NCBI GenBank assembly: GCA_023246355.1
Contig: JAHFIQ010000004.1
Coordinates: forward strand, 2,697 to 66,696
Reading direction: 5' to 3'
DNA from: Candidatus Uhrbacteria bacterium
Lineage (GTDB): Bacteria; Patescibacteriota; Patescibacteriia; UBA9934; GWF2-40-263
Length of the DNA: 64,000 nucleotides
The translations under genes and the position numbers were made by a program. How positions within the stretch are numbered: the stretch's first letter is position 1; the number at the start of each line of letters is the position of its first letter. Positions 1-8,879 of the stretch are shown in pieces. Below the pieces are notes generated by a model. The model was not told the DNA's origin and did not search any database. It was given only the letters and a program-made list of their open reading frames with translations.

Positions 1-373
1 AGCATTCTTCTCGTCTTGCGACAGTCCTTCCGTCGTCGAGCAGGATCGGACAGTACACCTCGCGCCAAAAGGCATTGTCCGCGTCGTCCGTTGGTGGGCC
101 TGGCATCGAGGTTATCGTCTCGTTGGACAGGGCGAACTTCGCCAGGCAGGGAGCTGTGCACTACCGCAATCGTCGATTGACAGCATACGGATCGCACAGC
201 AGAGTCGGGCAAAAGGAGCACCGTCTTGCGACAGCCCGAGTATCGCCCGACCAGACAGGACTACCTGAAAAAGCAGGAGATGTCAAACGCGGCGACCGCC
301 AATCGTTTGACAAATCGGGTGTTTTCTGGCACTGTGTCCGCCTCTGAGGCTGTCGCTTTAGAGCGGAGGATTC

Positions 374-1159
374 GTGTCACAGACCGATTCGCCAACGCCC
401 ACGCTGTGGGATCGTGCCAGACGAGGCGCCGTGATCACGGCCGCGCTCACCGTGGCCGGCTGTCAGCTGTGGATCTCGCCGCCAAGGGCGCCCAAGCAGC
501 TTCGGGTCAGCCAGGTCCGTCAAGATCCAGAAAAGATCACGATCGTCCTCGAGTATCCACACTCCTACGAAGGTGAGGACTCGAGCCAAACGGCCAGGGT
601 CACGGTCCTGCGTGATGGACCCAGGATCGACTGGCAGTTCACGGACAAGTGGCTGTTCGATCTTGAACACAAGGGATCGGGAGCGATCGGCTTGGCCCTC
701 ATGAGCCTGCCGATCACGCTGCCGTTGTCGCCGGTTCTTCTGTCAGTGAACGCCTGGTACGCTCGAGAAGAACGACGAGTGGGAATGTCGCGCCATGCGA
801 TCGCCCTTGTGGATCGCATCAGCAACCAGATCCAACCGCAGGTTCTCGCTGTCCTCGTGGAAGCCCTGCAAGACGACTGGGCGAGGCGTCAGCGTGCTCG
901 TGCCAAGGTGAGCTACCAGGAAGCGATCGATGTGTTGAGTCCCTGCCGACTGGTTTGGTATGAGAAGGACGGATTCATCTCGGCTCACTGGTACGACGAT
1001 GATGAAGGTCGTGCCGTTGCCGTATACGATACGCGTGCGGAGAATGCGATCCTCGTGCTGGGAAGTCGGTTCACGGGTGAACAGCGGGATGTTCTCATCA
1101 CTTGCTTCGATCCATCCAAGAGTGCCGATCGGTACAGCGAGTCCGACGACGAAGACTAG
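374..1159 (+). CDS. hypothetical protein (GC-rich segment)
   Basis: 261 aa ORF with a GTG start 5 nt after GGAGGA; no recognisable motifs; followed by a hairpin terminator. Confidence 0.5.
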   Translation: MSQTDSPTPTLWDRARRGAVITAALTVAGCQLWISPPRAPKQLRVSQVRQDPEKITIVLEYPHSYEGEDSSQTARVTVLRDGPRIDWQFTDKWLFDLEHKGSGAIGLALMSLPITLPLSPVLLSVNAWYAREERRVGMSRHAIALVDRISNQIQPQVLAVLVEALQDDWARRQRARAKVSYQEAIDVLSPCRLVWYEKDGFISAHWYDDDEGRAVAVYDTRAENAILVLGSRFTGEQRDVLITCFDPSKSADRYSESDDED

Positions 1160-1165
1160 AACGTG

Positions 1166-1190
1166 ATCCGCTCATCTGGGCGGATTTTAA
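1166..1190 (+). terminator. rho-independent terminator
   Basis: ATCCGC-tcatctgg-GCGGAT stem followed by a T run. Confidence 0.5.
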
Positions 1191-1214
1191 AATTGAAAAA
1201 CCCGACCGGAAAGG

Positions 1215-1682
1215 TCAGGCAGATTTGGTCTCTTCGACCACGGTGAGCACCGGGTCGCCAGTGGCGCGGGAGACCAGGGCGTGGGTCGGACACTCGCGGT
1301 TGGGACAGCGGTAGATGTGCTTGTCGCGTTGAAGTGGACGCGCCTTCTGGATCGGGATCACGCTCTTGCAGTGCGTGCAATCGAACGCACCGTGAGCGAT
1401 CACACGGCGACGGTCCCACTCAAGCCACCAGGCCGTGAGACGCAGAATGCTCAGAACCGCCTCAGTTGCCTCTTCCATCGTGTCTTCATGGACGACGAAC
1501 TCTTGAATCCTCCCTTGGGCGATCCTCATGATGATCGGGAAGATCAGTGTTTCCAGAGCCGATGGCAACTCACCTGGCGTCTTGGTGTGTTGTTGCATCC
1601 CGATAAGATGCGTCCATTCCAAACCGTTCGGATCAAGTTTGATCGTGAGCGGGAAAGAGGGTTCAGGGAGAGGTAGTGACAA
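1215..1682 (-). CDS. hypothetical protein with C-terminal zinc-ribbon-like Cys pairs
   Basis: 155 aa; TTG start 7 nt downstream of GGAGG; CTHC ... CPNREC spacing typical of a zinc ribbon. Confidence 0.5.
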   Translation of the reverse strand: MSLPLPEPSFPLTIKLDPNGLEWTHLIGMQQHTKTPGELPSALETLIFPIIMRIAQGRIQEFVVHEDTMEEATEAVLSILRLTAWWLEWDRRRVIAHGAFDCTHCKSVIPIQKARPLQRDKHIYRCPNRECPTHALVSRATGDPVLTVVEETKSA

Positions 1683-1724
1683 GGATGACCTCCAGTATCA
1701 GTAAGCCTCTGCTATAATACACCC

Positions 1725-3125
1725 ATGCATTCCACCATCACAGAAAAGACCTTTTATCAATACCTTAAGTGTCCCAACTGGGTCTATTTGGATTTTCACG
1801 CCCTTGAGCCACGGCCGCATGACGTGCTGCTTGCACGACTTCAAGATGACGGACTTCTTCCAGAGAAGGAACACGAGATGGTTTCCGATCGTGAAGATTT
1901 GGTTGAAGTCACAGCGGAAGATCCTGATCAAGCGTTCAAGCAAACGCTTGCGTTCATGCGCGAGGGACGCAAGACCATTTATCACGGCGTGCTTGTCGAC
2001 AAACATTGGGTCGGGCATCCGGATCTCTTGGAACGTGTGGAAGGCCGTTCGCGGTTAGGTGAGTATTATTACGTGGCCGCTGATTTGAAACGCACACGAT
2101 TTGTTCGTGATGATCACAAGTTTCAAGGATGTTTTTATGCTGAGCTTTTGGAGCGTGTGCAAGGTATGAAACCTGTGCAGGGCTATGTGGTGACACCAGA
2201 TCACGTCGCGCTTCCGTATCTTATCGAAGAATTTGAAGCCGAGTACGAACTCACCCTCACTGAGATTGAAAAAATTATAGCGGGCCAGCGACCAGCGCAC
2301 TTCGTCACCTCAGGCTGCAAGCAATCGCCATGGTTTGATGTATGTCGCACAGAGTCGGAAGCCTGCGACGATCTCTCGCTTTTGAATCGCGTGTGGCGAG
2401 AGGAAGTGCATCGACTAGAAGAGGCCGGTGTGAAAACCATTGCAGAGTTGGCTCTCAAGTCTGTTCCTGAGCTTGAGCATCTCTGTCCCACGGTCAGCTC
2501 CGTGCGTCTGGAGACCATGCGTGACCAAGCCATTGCAGTGCGTGAACAGCGTCACATCATTCGTCGCTACGTAAAAATGCCCGAGGCGAACGTGGAATTG
2601 TTTTTTGACATTGAGAGTGATCCACTGCGTGACTTTGATTATTTGTTTGGTGTGCTTGAAGTCAGTGGAAAGGGCGAGCAGTATTACTCGTTTATGGCGC
2701 AGTCACCTGAACAAGAAGGAGCCATGTGGAAAGAATTTGTGGCGTGCGTTGAGAGCCACATGGACTCACCGATCTATCACTACGGCTGGTTTGAACGCGA
2801 AGTGGTGAATCGTTTTGCGGCCAAGTACGGTATTTCAGAAATTGCACGCCAAGCGCTTGAGGAGAACATGATTGATCTGCTCGAGCTGATTCGTCCAGCG
2901 ATTATTTTTCCCTTATCGTTTTATTCCCTCAAAGATTTGGCTGCCTATATTGGGTTTACCTGGAGGAGTGACGATGCGGGCGGCGCGAATTCCGTGCTGT
3001 GGTTTGAGGAGTGGCTCAAAAAGAAAACGCCAAAGCTGTTGCAGAAGATCCTCGAGTATAACGAGGACGATGTGCGTGCCACGCACAAGCTGCAGCGATG
3101 GGTAAGAGAACACGCAAGTTTATGA
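1725..3125 (+). CDS. RecB-family nuclease, TM0106-like (Cas4-like PD-(D/E)XK N-domain plus RNase H-like C-domain)
   Basis: 466 aa; N-terminal YxYLxCPxxVYLD and D..EL.K nuclease signature; Cys cluster C..C..C (FeS-like); C-terminal FFDIESDP ... YHYGWFE ... EDDV exonuclease-fold motifs; -10 TATAAT at 1706-1711. Confidence 0.6.
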   Translation: MHSTITEKTFYQYLKCPNWVYLDFHALEPRPHDVLLARLQDDGLLPEKEHEMVSDREDLVEVTAEDPDQAFKQTLAFMREGRKTIYHGVLVDKHWVGHPDLLERVEGRSRLGEYYYVAADLKRTRFVRDDHKFQGCFYAELLERVQGMKPVQGYVVTPDHVALPYLIEEFEAEYELTLTEIEKIIAGQRPAHFVTSGCKQSPWFDVCRTESEACDDLSLLNRVWREEVHRLEEAGVKTIAELALKSVPELEHLCPTVSSVRLETMRDQAIAVREQRHIIRRYVKMPEANVELFFDIESDPLRDFDYLFGVLEVSGKGEQYYSFMAQSPEQEGAMWKEFVACVESHMDSPIYHYGWFEREVVNRFAAKYGISEIARQALEENMIDLLELIRPAIIFPLSFYSLKDLAAYIGFTWRSDDAGGANSVLWFEEWLKKKTPKLLQKILEYNEDDVRATHKLQRWVREHASL

Positions 3126-3439
3126 AAAAAGCCTTATGGATTTTTGTGCCTGTTGTTCTGATCGGCGCAATCATCGTGCTGATGCTCCTTCAACGAGTTG
3201 ATCGTGGACAGAATGATGCGCGTGACGCCACATCACCAGGTCGATATGAAGCATTGAATGAGACAACGTGTTCAGATATGGGAGGAACGTGGAATGCCTG
3301 CGGTTCTGTTTGTCGTACCACTCCGGAGGAACCGTGTATCGAAGTGTGTGCTACGTACTGTGAATGTACAGGGGATGCTCAATGTCCAACAGGATTCACC
3401 TGCGGTGACTATGTTGATAACGTCGGTGTTTGCCTATGA
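3122..3439 (+). CDS. membrane-anchored Cys-rich small protein
   Basis: ATG at 3122 overlaps the upstream stop (ATGA); N-terminal TM helix; 10 Cys in the last 50 aa. Confidence 0.5.
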   Translation: MKKALWIFVPVVLIGAIIVLMLLQRVDRGQNDARDATSPGRYEALNETTCSDMGGTWNACGSVCRTTPEEPCIEVCATYCECTGDAQCPTGFTCGDYVDNVGVCL

Positions 3440-4287
3440 AAGCCCTTCGTCTTTTTGTCACGTTTGTGATTTTGTCGATCGCGTTTGGAGCGGCGTTGTA
3501 CACGCAGCGAGTGAACGTGATGGATTGGTATCGTGAAGTAACAACGCCCGTGCTGCCAGAGTCGGTTGGGTATGAGGAGGTAGAAAAGGTGGCAGAGGTG
3601 GAGAAGGTGGATGAGGTGGAAGAAGCGGAAGAAGAAAATCCGACGGAGGAATCAGTCCCATTGGTCCCATCCGACCCAGTGGTTACCGAAGATCCATCCG
3701 TCGAAGTGGAGCTGACGGCGGTCAATCTCGCGGTTCCGTTCACGCCGCAAGCTCCGCAAGGAAACTGGGACGAGCCATACCAGGAGGCCTGTGAGGAAGC
3801 GAGTGTGTACATGGTGCAGCAATTTTACGAAGGCACGCCAGAGGGACTCATCAATGCAGATCAGGCAGAGACAGATATTTTAAAAATCGTTGCGTTTGAG
3901 CGTGAGCTGTTTGGGTATTACGAGGACACAACCGCAGAACAAGTCGCCACGTTTGCTGAACTCATGTTTGGCTTCACAACAGAATTGATCGTAGATCCAA
4001 CCATCGACGACATCAAAACACATCTTACCCTCGGCCATCCCGTGATCGTCCCAGCCGCTGGTCGTGAATTGCACAATCCGTATTTCACCGCTCCAGGTCC
4101 CGTGTATCACATGTTGGTTATTCGTGGATTCACAGACGAAGGGCAATTTATTGTGAACGATCCAGGCACCTATCGTGGCGAGGCGTATCTCTACGACTTT
4201 GACACGCTCATGAATGCGATGCACGATTGGAATAACGGCGACGAAATTACAGAGGGAAGAAAAGTGGTGATTGTGTTGACGCCATAA
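3436..4287 (+). CDS. membrane-anchored protein with papain-like C39-type peptidase domain
   Basis: ATGA overlap with the upstream gene; TM helix; acidic EV-repeat linker; QAPQGNW...QEACEEAS(V)YM resembles the Peptidase_C39-like Cys region; His/Asp further downstream. Confidence 0.45.
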   Translation: MKALRLFVTFVILSIAFGAALYTQRVNVMDWYREVTTPVLPESVGYEEVEKVAEVEKVDEVEEAEEENPTEESVPLVPSDPVVTEDPSVEVELTAVNLAVPFTPQAPQGNWDEPYQEACEEASVYMVQQFYEGTPEGLINADQAETDILKIVAFERELFGYYEDTTAEQVATFAELMFGFTTELIVDPTIDDIKTHLTLGHPVIVPAAGRELHNPYFTAPGPVYHMLVIRGFTDEGQFIVNDPGTYRGEAYLYDFDTLMNAMHDWNNGDEITEGRKVVIVLTP

Positions 4288-4857
4288 TTGAAAATAAATT
4301 TTGGATTTTTCATGAAACAACGTCGCAACAACATTGCCTATATTGATGGGGCGAATCTTCACAAAGGCATTTCAGCGCTTGGATGGCGGCTAGATTACCG
4401 TCGTTTTCGTGTTTGGCTTTCTGATAAATACCATGTTCAGACTGCCTATTTGTTTATAGGTCTGATCCCGAGATACAAAGATTTGTATGCATATCTACAA
4501 AAGTGTGGTTTTACTTTGATTTTTAAGGAAGTGGTTTACGATGGTTCTGGCAAGGCAAAGGGGAATTGTGATTCGGATCTTGTGCTTCAAGCCATGCAAG
4601 ATGTCTATGAGTCGGCGTTTGATCAAGCTCTTCTTGTAACAAGCGACGGAGACTATGCGTCGCTCGTCAAGTTTCTATTAAAGCGTGAGAAAATGAATGC
4701 CGTTCTCTCGCCGAGTACATCTAAAAAATGTTCGATTTTGCTCAAACAAACCAACGTAAGGATAGCCTACATGCAGGATCAGCGGACACTGTTGCAAGCC
4801 AAAAAAGAAAAAGCCCCCGGTGGGGACGGAACCCCACAAGGGTCTCTTTCGTGGTGA
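4288..4857 (+). CDS. NYN-domain (LabA-like) predicted RNase
   Basis: IAYIDGANL ... DSDL ... VTSDGDYASL conserved acidic residues of the NYN/PIN-like fold; alternative start at 4312; AT-rich (~40% GC). Confidence 0.65.
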   Translation: MKINFGFFMKQRRNNIAYIDGANLHKGISALGWRLDYRRFRVWLSDKYHVQTAYLFIGLIPRYKDLYAYLQKCGFTLIFKEVVYDGSGKAKGNCDSDLVLQAMQDVYESAFDQALLVTSDGDYASLVKFLLKREKMNAVLSPSTSKKCSILLKQTNVRIAYMQDQRTLLQAKKEKAPGGDGTPQGSLSW

Positions 4858-4912
4858 ATATTGATACAATAGTCCAAAAGGCAGCACGTGTCAAATTGAA
4901 ATCTCACAGAGT

Positions 4913-5740
4913 ATGCAAATAAAGCATTTTTACAGGCTCAAACAAGGCGATATTGTTTCGCTTTTTCGTGAATTTCTAGAAGACGATCTGTTTCGTCGAT
5001 ATCCTGAGTTGGTAGGGAACGTGAGTGTTATCATAACTGGGTCGATTCCATCTGGTCATTATGATCAATATAGCGATATCGATACTGAGTTTTTTTATAC
5101 GCAGGAAGGCGATCGCAAGAAAATGAACGCGTTTGTAAAGGAGTATAAGGCTTCTCTCCGTCAAAGGAAACTACCAATTCAGTTTCATCCTGCCAAGACG
5201 TTTCGTGAAGTGAAAAAAGAGCACTTGACTGGATGGGGTCACGATGACTCGCTGCGGGAATACTCGAGTGCACTTAGTGTGATCGATCCGCAAGATCGTT
5301 TTCAAAAATTACAGCAGCAAATCAAATGGTATCCGAAGGATGTCCTTCAGGAGAAAATAAACTGGTTATTTGCAGAAGCTGTTTTTTCCTATTATGATCG
5401 TTATGTGGTAGCTCTCAAGCGTGGCAATGCCCATTATGCTGAAGCGGTGAAGCTGCATATCCTCAAGTTACTTGGGAATGCTCTTCTCATGACCGCTCAT
5501 ACGTTTCCAGTTTTCGAAAAGCATCTATATTTCGAAATTCGAGAGTTGGGCGATCGTAAACTTCTCTTCTTCTTTGACGAGATGATCGCGGGGCGATCAT
5601 CCACGACACAGAACAATGTCGTTAGAAAATTTTTGAACGTCGTTGAACGTAGATTGATAATAGACGGCTGGATACAAAAGAAGCCGAAGGGCTATTGGAT
5701 TCTTTTGCGGCCAAAGTATAAAGTTGAGTTGGTTTCGTAG
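4913..5740 (+). CDS. Pol-beta-superfamily nucleotidyltransferase, KNTase/ANT(4')-like
   Basis: ITGSIPSGHYDQYSDIDTEF = GS-x9-SDID NTase motif; ~150 aa helical C-domain typical of KNTase_C; AT-rich. Confidence 0.6.
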   Translation: MQIKHFYRLKQGDIVSLFREFLEDDLFRRYPELVGNVSVIITGSIPSGHYDQYSDIDTEFFYTQEGDRKKMNAFVKEYKASLRQRKLPIQFHPAKTFREVKKEHLTGWGHDDSLREYSSALSVIDPQDRFQKLQQQIKWYPKDVLQEKINWLFAEAVFSYYDRYVVALKRGNAHYAEAVKLHILKLLGNALLMTAHTFPVFEKHLYFEIRELGDRKLLFFFDEMIAGRSSTTQNNVVRKFLNVVERRLIIDGWIQKKPKGYWILLRPKYKVELVS

Positions 5741-5745
5741 GGGTT

Positions 5746-6216
5746 ATGAACTATCTCCTTGGCGGATCATTGGGAGGGCTCGTGGCGTTCGCTTTTGCGA
5801 TTCCGGCGATCCTGCTGGAGATCACTCAACAAGGAAAGGTGAGTGAGGCGCCTCTGCTCATCGACGTCAAAACCATTTTTGGCGTGACCATCCGTCACAA
5901 GCATGAAGTTTTTTTTATCGGGCTGTTGCTTCATGTGGTGATCGGATTTTTGTTCGGACTCATCTATGTGACGTTTGTTGAGCGCGGCTGGTTGTTTGTG
6001 ACTCATGCACCGTATACGTTTTTGTCTTTGCTCGTGTATGCCTTTTTGAGTTGGATCGTGGCAAACCTGGTGGTGTATCCCGTTCTTGGCTTGGGAGCAT
6101 TTGGACTCAAAGAAGGTCGTCATGTGTGGATGGAAACGTTTGTGTCCCATCTCATTTTGGGCGTGAGTTTGTGGCTGTTGGTTCAGTATTATCAACCTGT
6201 ATTCTTCGGTTCATGA
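5746..6216 (+). CDS. integral membrane protein (4 TM), unknown function
   Basis: hydrophobic segments; stop overlaps the xseA start (ATGA). Confidence 0.5.
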   Translation: MNYLLGGSLGGLVAFAFAIPAILLEITQQGKVSEAPLLIDVKTIFGVTIRHKHEVFFIGLLLHVVIGFLFGLIYVTFVERGWLFVTHAPYTFLSLLVYAFLSWIVANLVVYPVLGLGAFGLKEGRHVWMETFVSHLILGVSLWLLVQYYQPVFFGS

Positions 6217-7409
6217 CACCCTCACTCTCCGTCTCTCAGTATCTTGAACTCGTCAACGTTTCCCTTGGACAAATCCCAGCCGACTTTGTGATCGAGGGAG
6301 AAATTTCAGATTATAAAGTGTCTCAAGGGAAGTGGGTGAGTTTTGATTTGAAAGACGAAGAGCATCAAGCGTTGCTCAAGTGCTTCATGACGACGTGGCA
6401 GTTGAAGACGCAGATCGAAGACGGGATGCGCGTGCACGTCAAAGGCGCTCCAAAAATTTACGAACGATTTGGAACGTTCAAGTTGAATGTGACGGAGGTG
6501 GAACCGGTTGGCGAAGGAGCCTTGAAACGTGCCTATGAACTTCTCAAGAAAAAATTAGAACGCGAAGGACTTTTCGATGTCTCGCGTAAACGACCTTTAC
6601 CAAGATTTCCAGAGCGCATCGGGTTGATTACGTCACGTGATGCGGCGGCGTACGGTGACTTCTTGCGCATCCTGAACAATCGTTGGAGTGGGGTGCAGGT
6701 CGTCTTTTGTCATGTACACGTGCAAGGCCGTGAAGCGGTTGACGAGATTGTGCACGCCCTCGACCAGTTGAATGGACTTGCAGATCGTCCTGACGTGATG
6801 GTTCTCACGCGCGGCGGTGGGGGACTGGAAGATCTGCATGCATTCAACGATGAGCAAGTCGCACGCGCCATCTATGCGTCAACGATTCCAGTTGTCTGTG
6901 CGGTGGGACATGAACGTGATGAGTCGCTCGCTGATTTTGTGGCCGACGTTCGTGCGTCAACGCCGTCCAATGCGGCTGAACGCGTGGTGCCATCGCGCGA
7001 GGAGGTCCGATACGAAATCGATGCTCTGTCTGCTCATCTGACATCCTGTGTGAGCGACGCGATTCGTGAACGTCTGTCCGTGATTGATCAAGCAACCAGC
7101 CGTGTGCGTTTTCTGTTGGAAAGGCAAAAGGATCGTTTGCGTCGTTTGTCCGAGACCCTTCAATCAGGATCAGCGCTGTGGTTGTCACGACTCAGTGATC
7201 GCCTTGCCCGTCATGCTCTTGTGCTCAAACAACTCGATCCCAGACGTGTCCTCTCACGCGGGTACAGCATTGTTCGCTTTGCTGGTCGCGTGCTTTCAGA
7301 TGTCTCGACCCTTGAAGTGGGGAGTGAGATTCAGGTACAATTTGCGACAGGCTCGGCTGACGCACAGGTACGTCGACTGAACGGCCGCGGTCAACAGAAA
7401 CTTGTATGA
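6213..7409 (+). CDS. xseA: exodeoxyribonuclease VII large subunit
   Basis: N-terminal OB-fold (VSQYLELVN...FVIEGEISDYKV) and central catalytic region typical of XseA; ORF-track start 6051 rejected because it overlaps the upstream gene. Confidence 0.85.
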   Translation: MTPSLSVSQYLELVNVSLGQIPADFVIEGEISDYKVSQGKWVSFDLKDEEHQALLKCFMTTWQLKTQIEDGMRVHVKGAPKIYERFGTFKLNVTEVEPVGEGALKRAYELLKKKLEREGLFDVSRKRPLPRFPERIGLITSRDAAAYGDFLRILNNRWSGVQVVFCHVHVQGREAVDEIVHALDQLNGLADRPDVMVLTRGGGGLEDLHAFNDEQVARAIYASTIPVVCAVGHERDESLADFVADVRASTPSNAAERVVPSREEVRYEIDALSAHLTSCVSDAIRERLSVIDQATSRVRFLLERQKDRLRRLSETLQSGSALWLSRLSDRLARHALVLKQLDPRRVLSRGYSIVRFAGRVLSDVSTLEVGSEIQVQFATGSADAQVRRLNGRGQQKLV

Positions 7410-7612
7410 CAGCAAAAAAATCATTCGCTAAGGATTTTGAAGAGCTCGAACACATCACCCAGTGGTTTGATTCCCAAGATCAGCTGGACCTGGATCTTGG
7501 GCTCAAGCAATTCGAACGTGGTTTGGAGCTCGCCAGTCAGCTGAAAAAGAAACTCTCTGAGGTTGAGAACAAGGTCGAAGAGATCAAACAAAAATTTTCT
7601 TCTGCCACCTGA
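7406..7612 (+). CDS. xseB: exodeoxyribonuclease VII small subunit
   Basis: 68 aa; FEELEHI...LDLDLGLKQFERGLELASQL matches the XseB helical pattern; ATGA coupling to xseA. Confidence 0.8.
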   Translation: MTAKKSFAKDFEELEHITQWFDSQDQLDLDLGLKQFERGLELASQLKKKLSEVENKVEEIKQKFSSAT

Positions 7613-7640
7613 TCCACCTCATCTACCTTTTCCACCTTCC
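7604..7640 (+). repeat. 9 bp-period CCACCT minisatellite (4 units) spanning the xseB stop to the next start codon
   Basis: tgccacctg/atccacctc/atctacctt/ttccacctt tandem 9-mers. Confidence 0.6.
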
Positions 7641-7643
7641 CCT

Positions 7644-7997
7644 ATGTCCTATATCCTCTTCCGCTGGATCATCAACGCTCTCGCGCTGCTCCTGGTCGCC
7701 AATGTTGTGCCAGGTTTTGGTGTGGATTCTTTCTACGCCGCGCTGATTGCGGCTCTGGTCTTGGGACTGGTCAATGCCCTGGTACGACCACTGTTTTTTA
7801 TCTTGACGCTCCCCATCACCATCCTCACACTGGGGTTGTTCACGTTTGTCATTAACGCCTTCATGATTCTACTCGTGTCCACGATCGTGAAAGGATTTGT
7901 GGTGGAAGGCTTTACTCCAGCGTTATTGGCCGCCTTGCTCCTGTGGATGTTTTCTCTCGCAACGAACTGGATTATTAAACAAGCAAAGGAATCATAG
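7644..7997 (+). CDS. holin-like membrane protein (Phage_holin_4_2 / DUF360 family)
   Basis: LLLVANVVPGF...ALVRPLFFILTLPITILTLGLF matches the DUF360 core; ATG at 7644 chosen over the longer ORF. Confidence 0.6.
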   Translation: MSYILFRWIINALALLLVANVVPGFGVDSFYAALIAALVLGLVNALVRPLFFILTLPITILTLGLFTFVINAFMILLVSTIVKGFVVEGFTPALLAALLLWMFSLATNWIIKQAKES

Positions 7998-8017
7998 GCA
8001 CCGTTGGTGCCTTTTTT
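7997..8017 (+). terminator. rho-independent terminator
   Basis: GGCACC-gttg-GGTGCC followed by TTTTTT. Confidence 0.7.
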
Positions 8018-8092
8018 AGTAGCAAGTATCAAGTAGCACGTAGCAAGTATTTTCGAAGCGCATATACTTGCTACTTGATACATGCTACTTGC
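8018..8092. repeat. IVS-like long imperfect inverted repeat (AGTAGCAAGTA family), inverted orientation, no cargo
   Basis: arms agtagcaagtatcaagtagcacgtagcaagtat / atacttgctacttgatacatgctacttgc; loop contains gcttcgaaa (reverse complement of the ctccgaaa loop at other copies). Confidence 0.7.
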
Positions 8093-8103
8093 TTCTTTCC
8101 CTT

Positions 8104-8811
8104 ATGACCCACTCCAACTCACTTAAACCTTCCACGCTCGTCATCTCTGTCGGCGGCTCGCTCGTAGTTCCCAATGGTGGAATCGATGTGGAATTTCTCA
8201 AAGACTTTCGAGAGCTCATTCACAAACACGTGAAGCTCGGTTGGCGTTTTGTGGTCGTGGTTGGTGGTGGGGGCACAGCGCGTCATTATCAAGAAGCCGC
8301 ACGTGACGTCGGCAAACTCACCCGCGACGATCTTGATTGGCTGGGGATTCACTCGACGCGTTTGAACGGACACCTCATGCGCACCGTGCTTCGCGACGTG
8401 GCGCATCCCATCATGATCAAAGACCCGACTGGGTCGTTCCACCACTGGACCAAGCCCGTGCTGGTGGCGGCTGGATGGAAACCAGGCTGGTCCACCGATT
8501 ACGTGGCCACGCGTTTAGCCAAACGTCTCAAGAGCAAACTTGTGGTGAACCTTTCCAACATCGACTACGTCTACACCAAAGATCCACTCAAGCACAAAGA
8601 TGCTGAAGTCATCTGTAACATCACCTGGAAAGAGTTTCGTAAAATGGTCGGCAACACCTGGGACCCGGGCATGAATGTGCCGTTTGATCCCGTGGCCTCA
8701 CGCCTGGCGCATCATTCCAAAATTTCCGTGGCGATTTTGAATGGCAAAAATATTTCAAATCTGGATGGACTCCTAACCGGCGAGCGATTCATTGGAACCG
8801 TGATTGGTTGA
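8104..8811 (+). CDS. pyrH: UMP kinase, archaeal type (amino-acid kinase family)
   Basis: VISVGGSL...VVVVGGGGTARHY...GIHSTRLNG pattern of archaeal-type uridylate kinases; ATG 8104 lies just after the repeat. Confidence 0.6.
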   Translation: MTHSNSLKPSTLVISVGGSLVVPNGGIDVEFLKDFRELIHKHVKLGWRFVVVVGGGGTARHYQEAARDVGKLTRDDLDWLGIHSTRLNGHLMRTVLRDVAHPIMIKDPTGSFHHWTKPVLVAAGWKPGWSTDYVATRLAKRLKSKLVVNLSNIDYVYTKDPLKHKDAEVICNITWKEFRKMVGNTWDPGMNVPFDPVASRLAHHSKISVAILNGKNISNLDGLLTGERFIGTVIG

Positions 8812-8879
8812 CAAAAAAGATGAAATGGAAGAAGAATAACGGATCCTAGATTCATAGGATCCCTTCCAAGGAGCCAACC

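Noticed and set aside
6051-6212. N-terminal extension of xseA in the ORF track (start at 6051)
   Set aside because: It overlaps the upstream membrane-protein gene by 160 bp. The conserved XseA N-terminus begins at the ATG at 6213, which forms an ATGA overlap.
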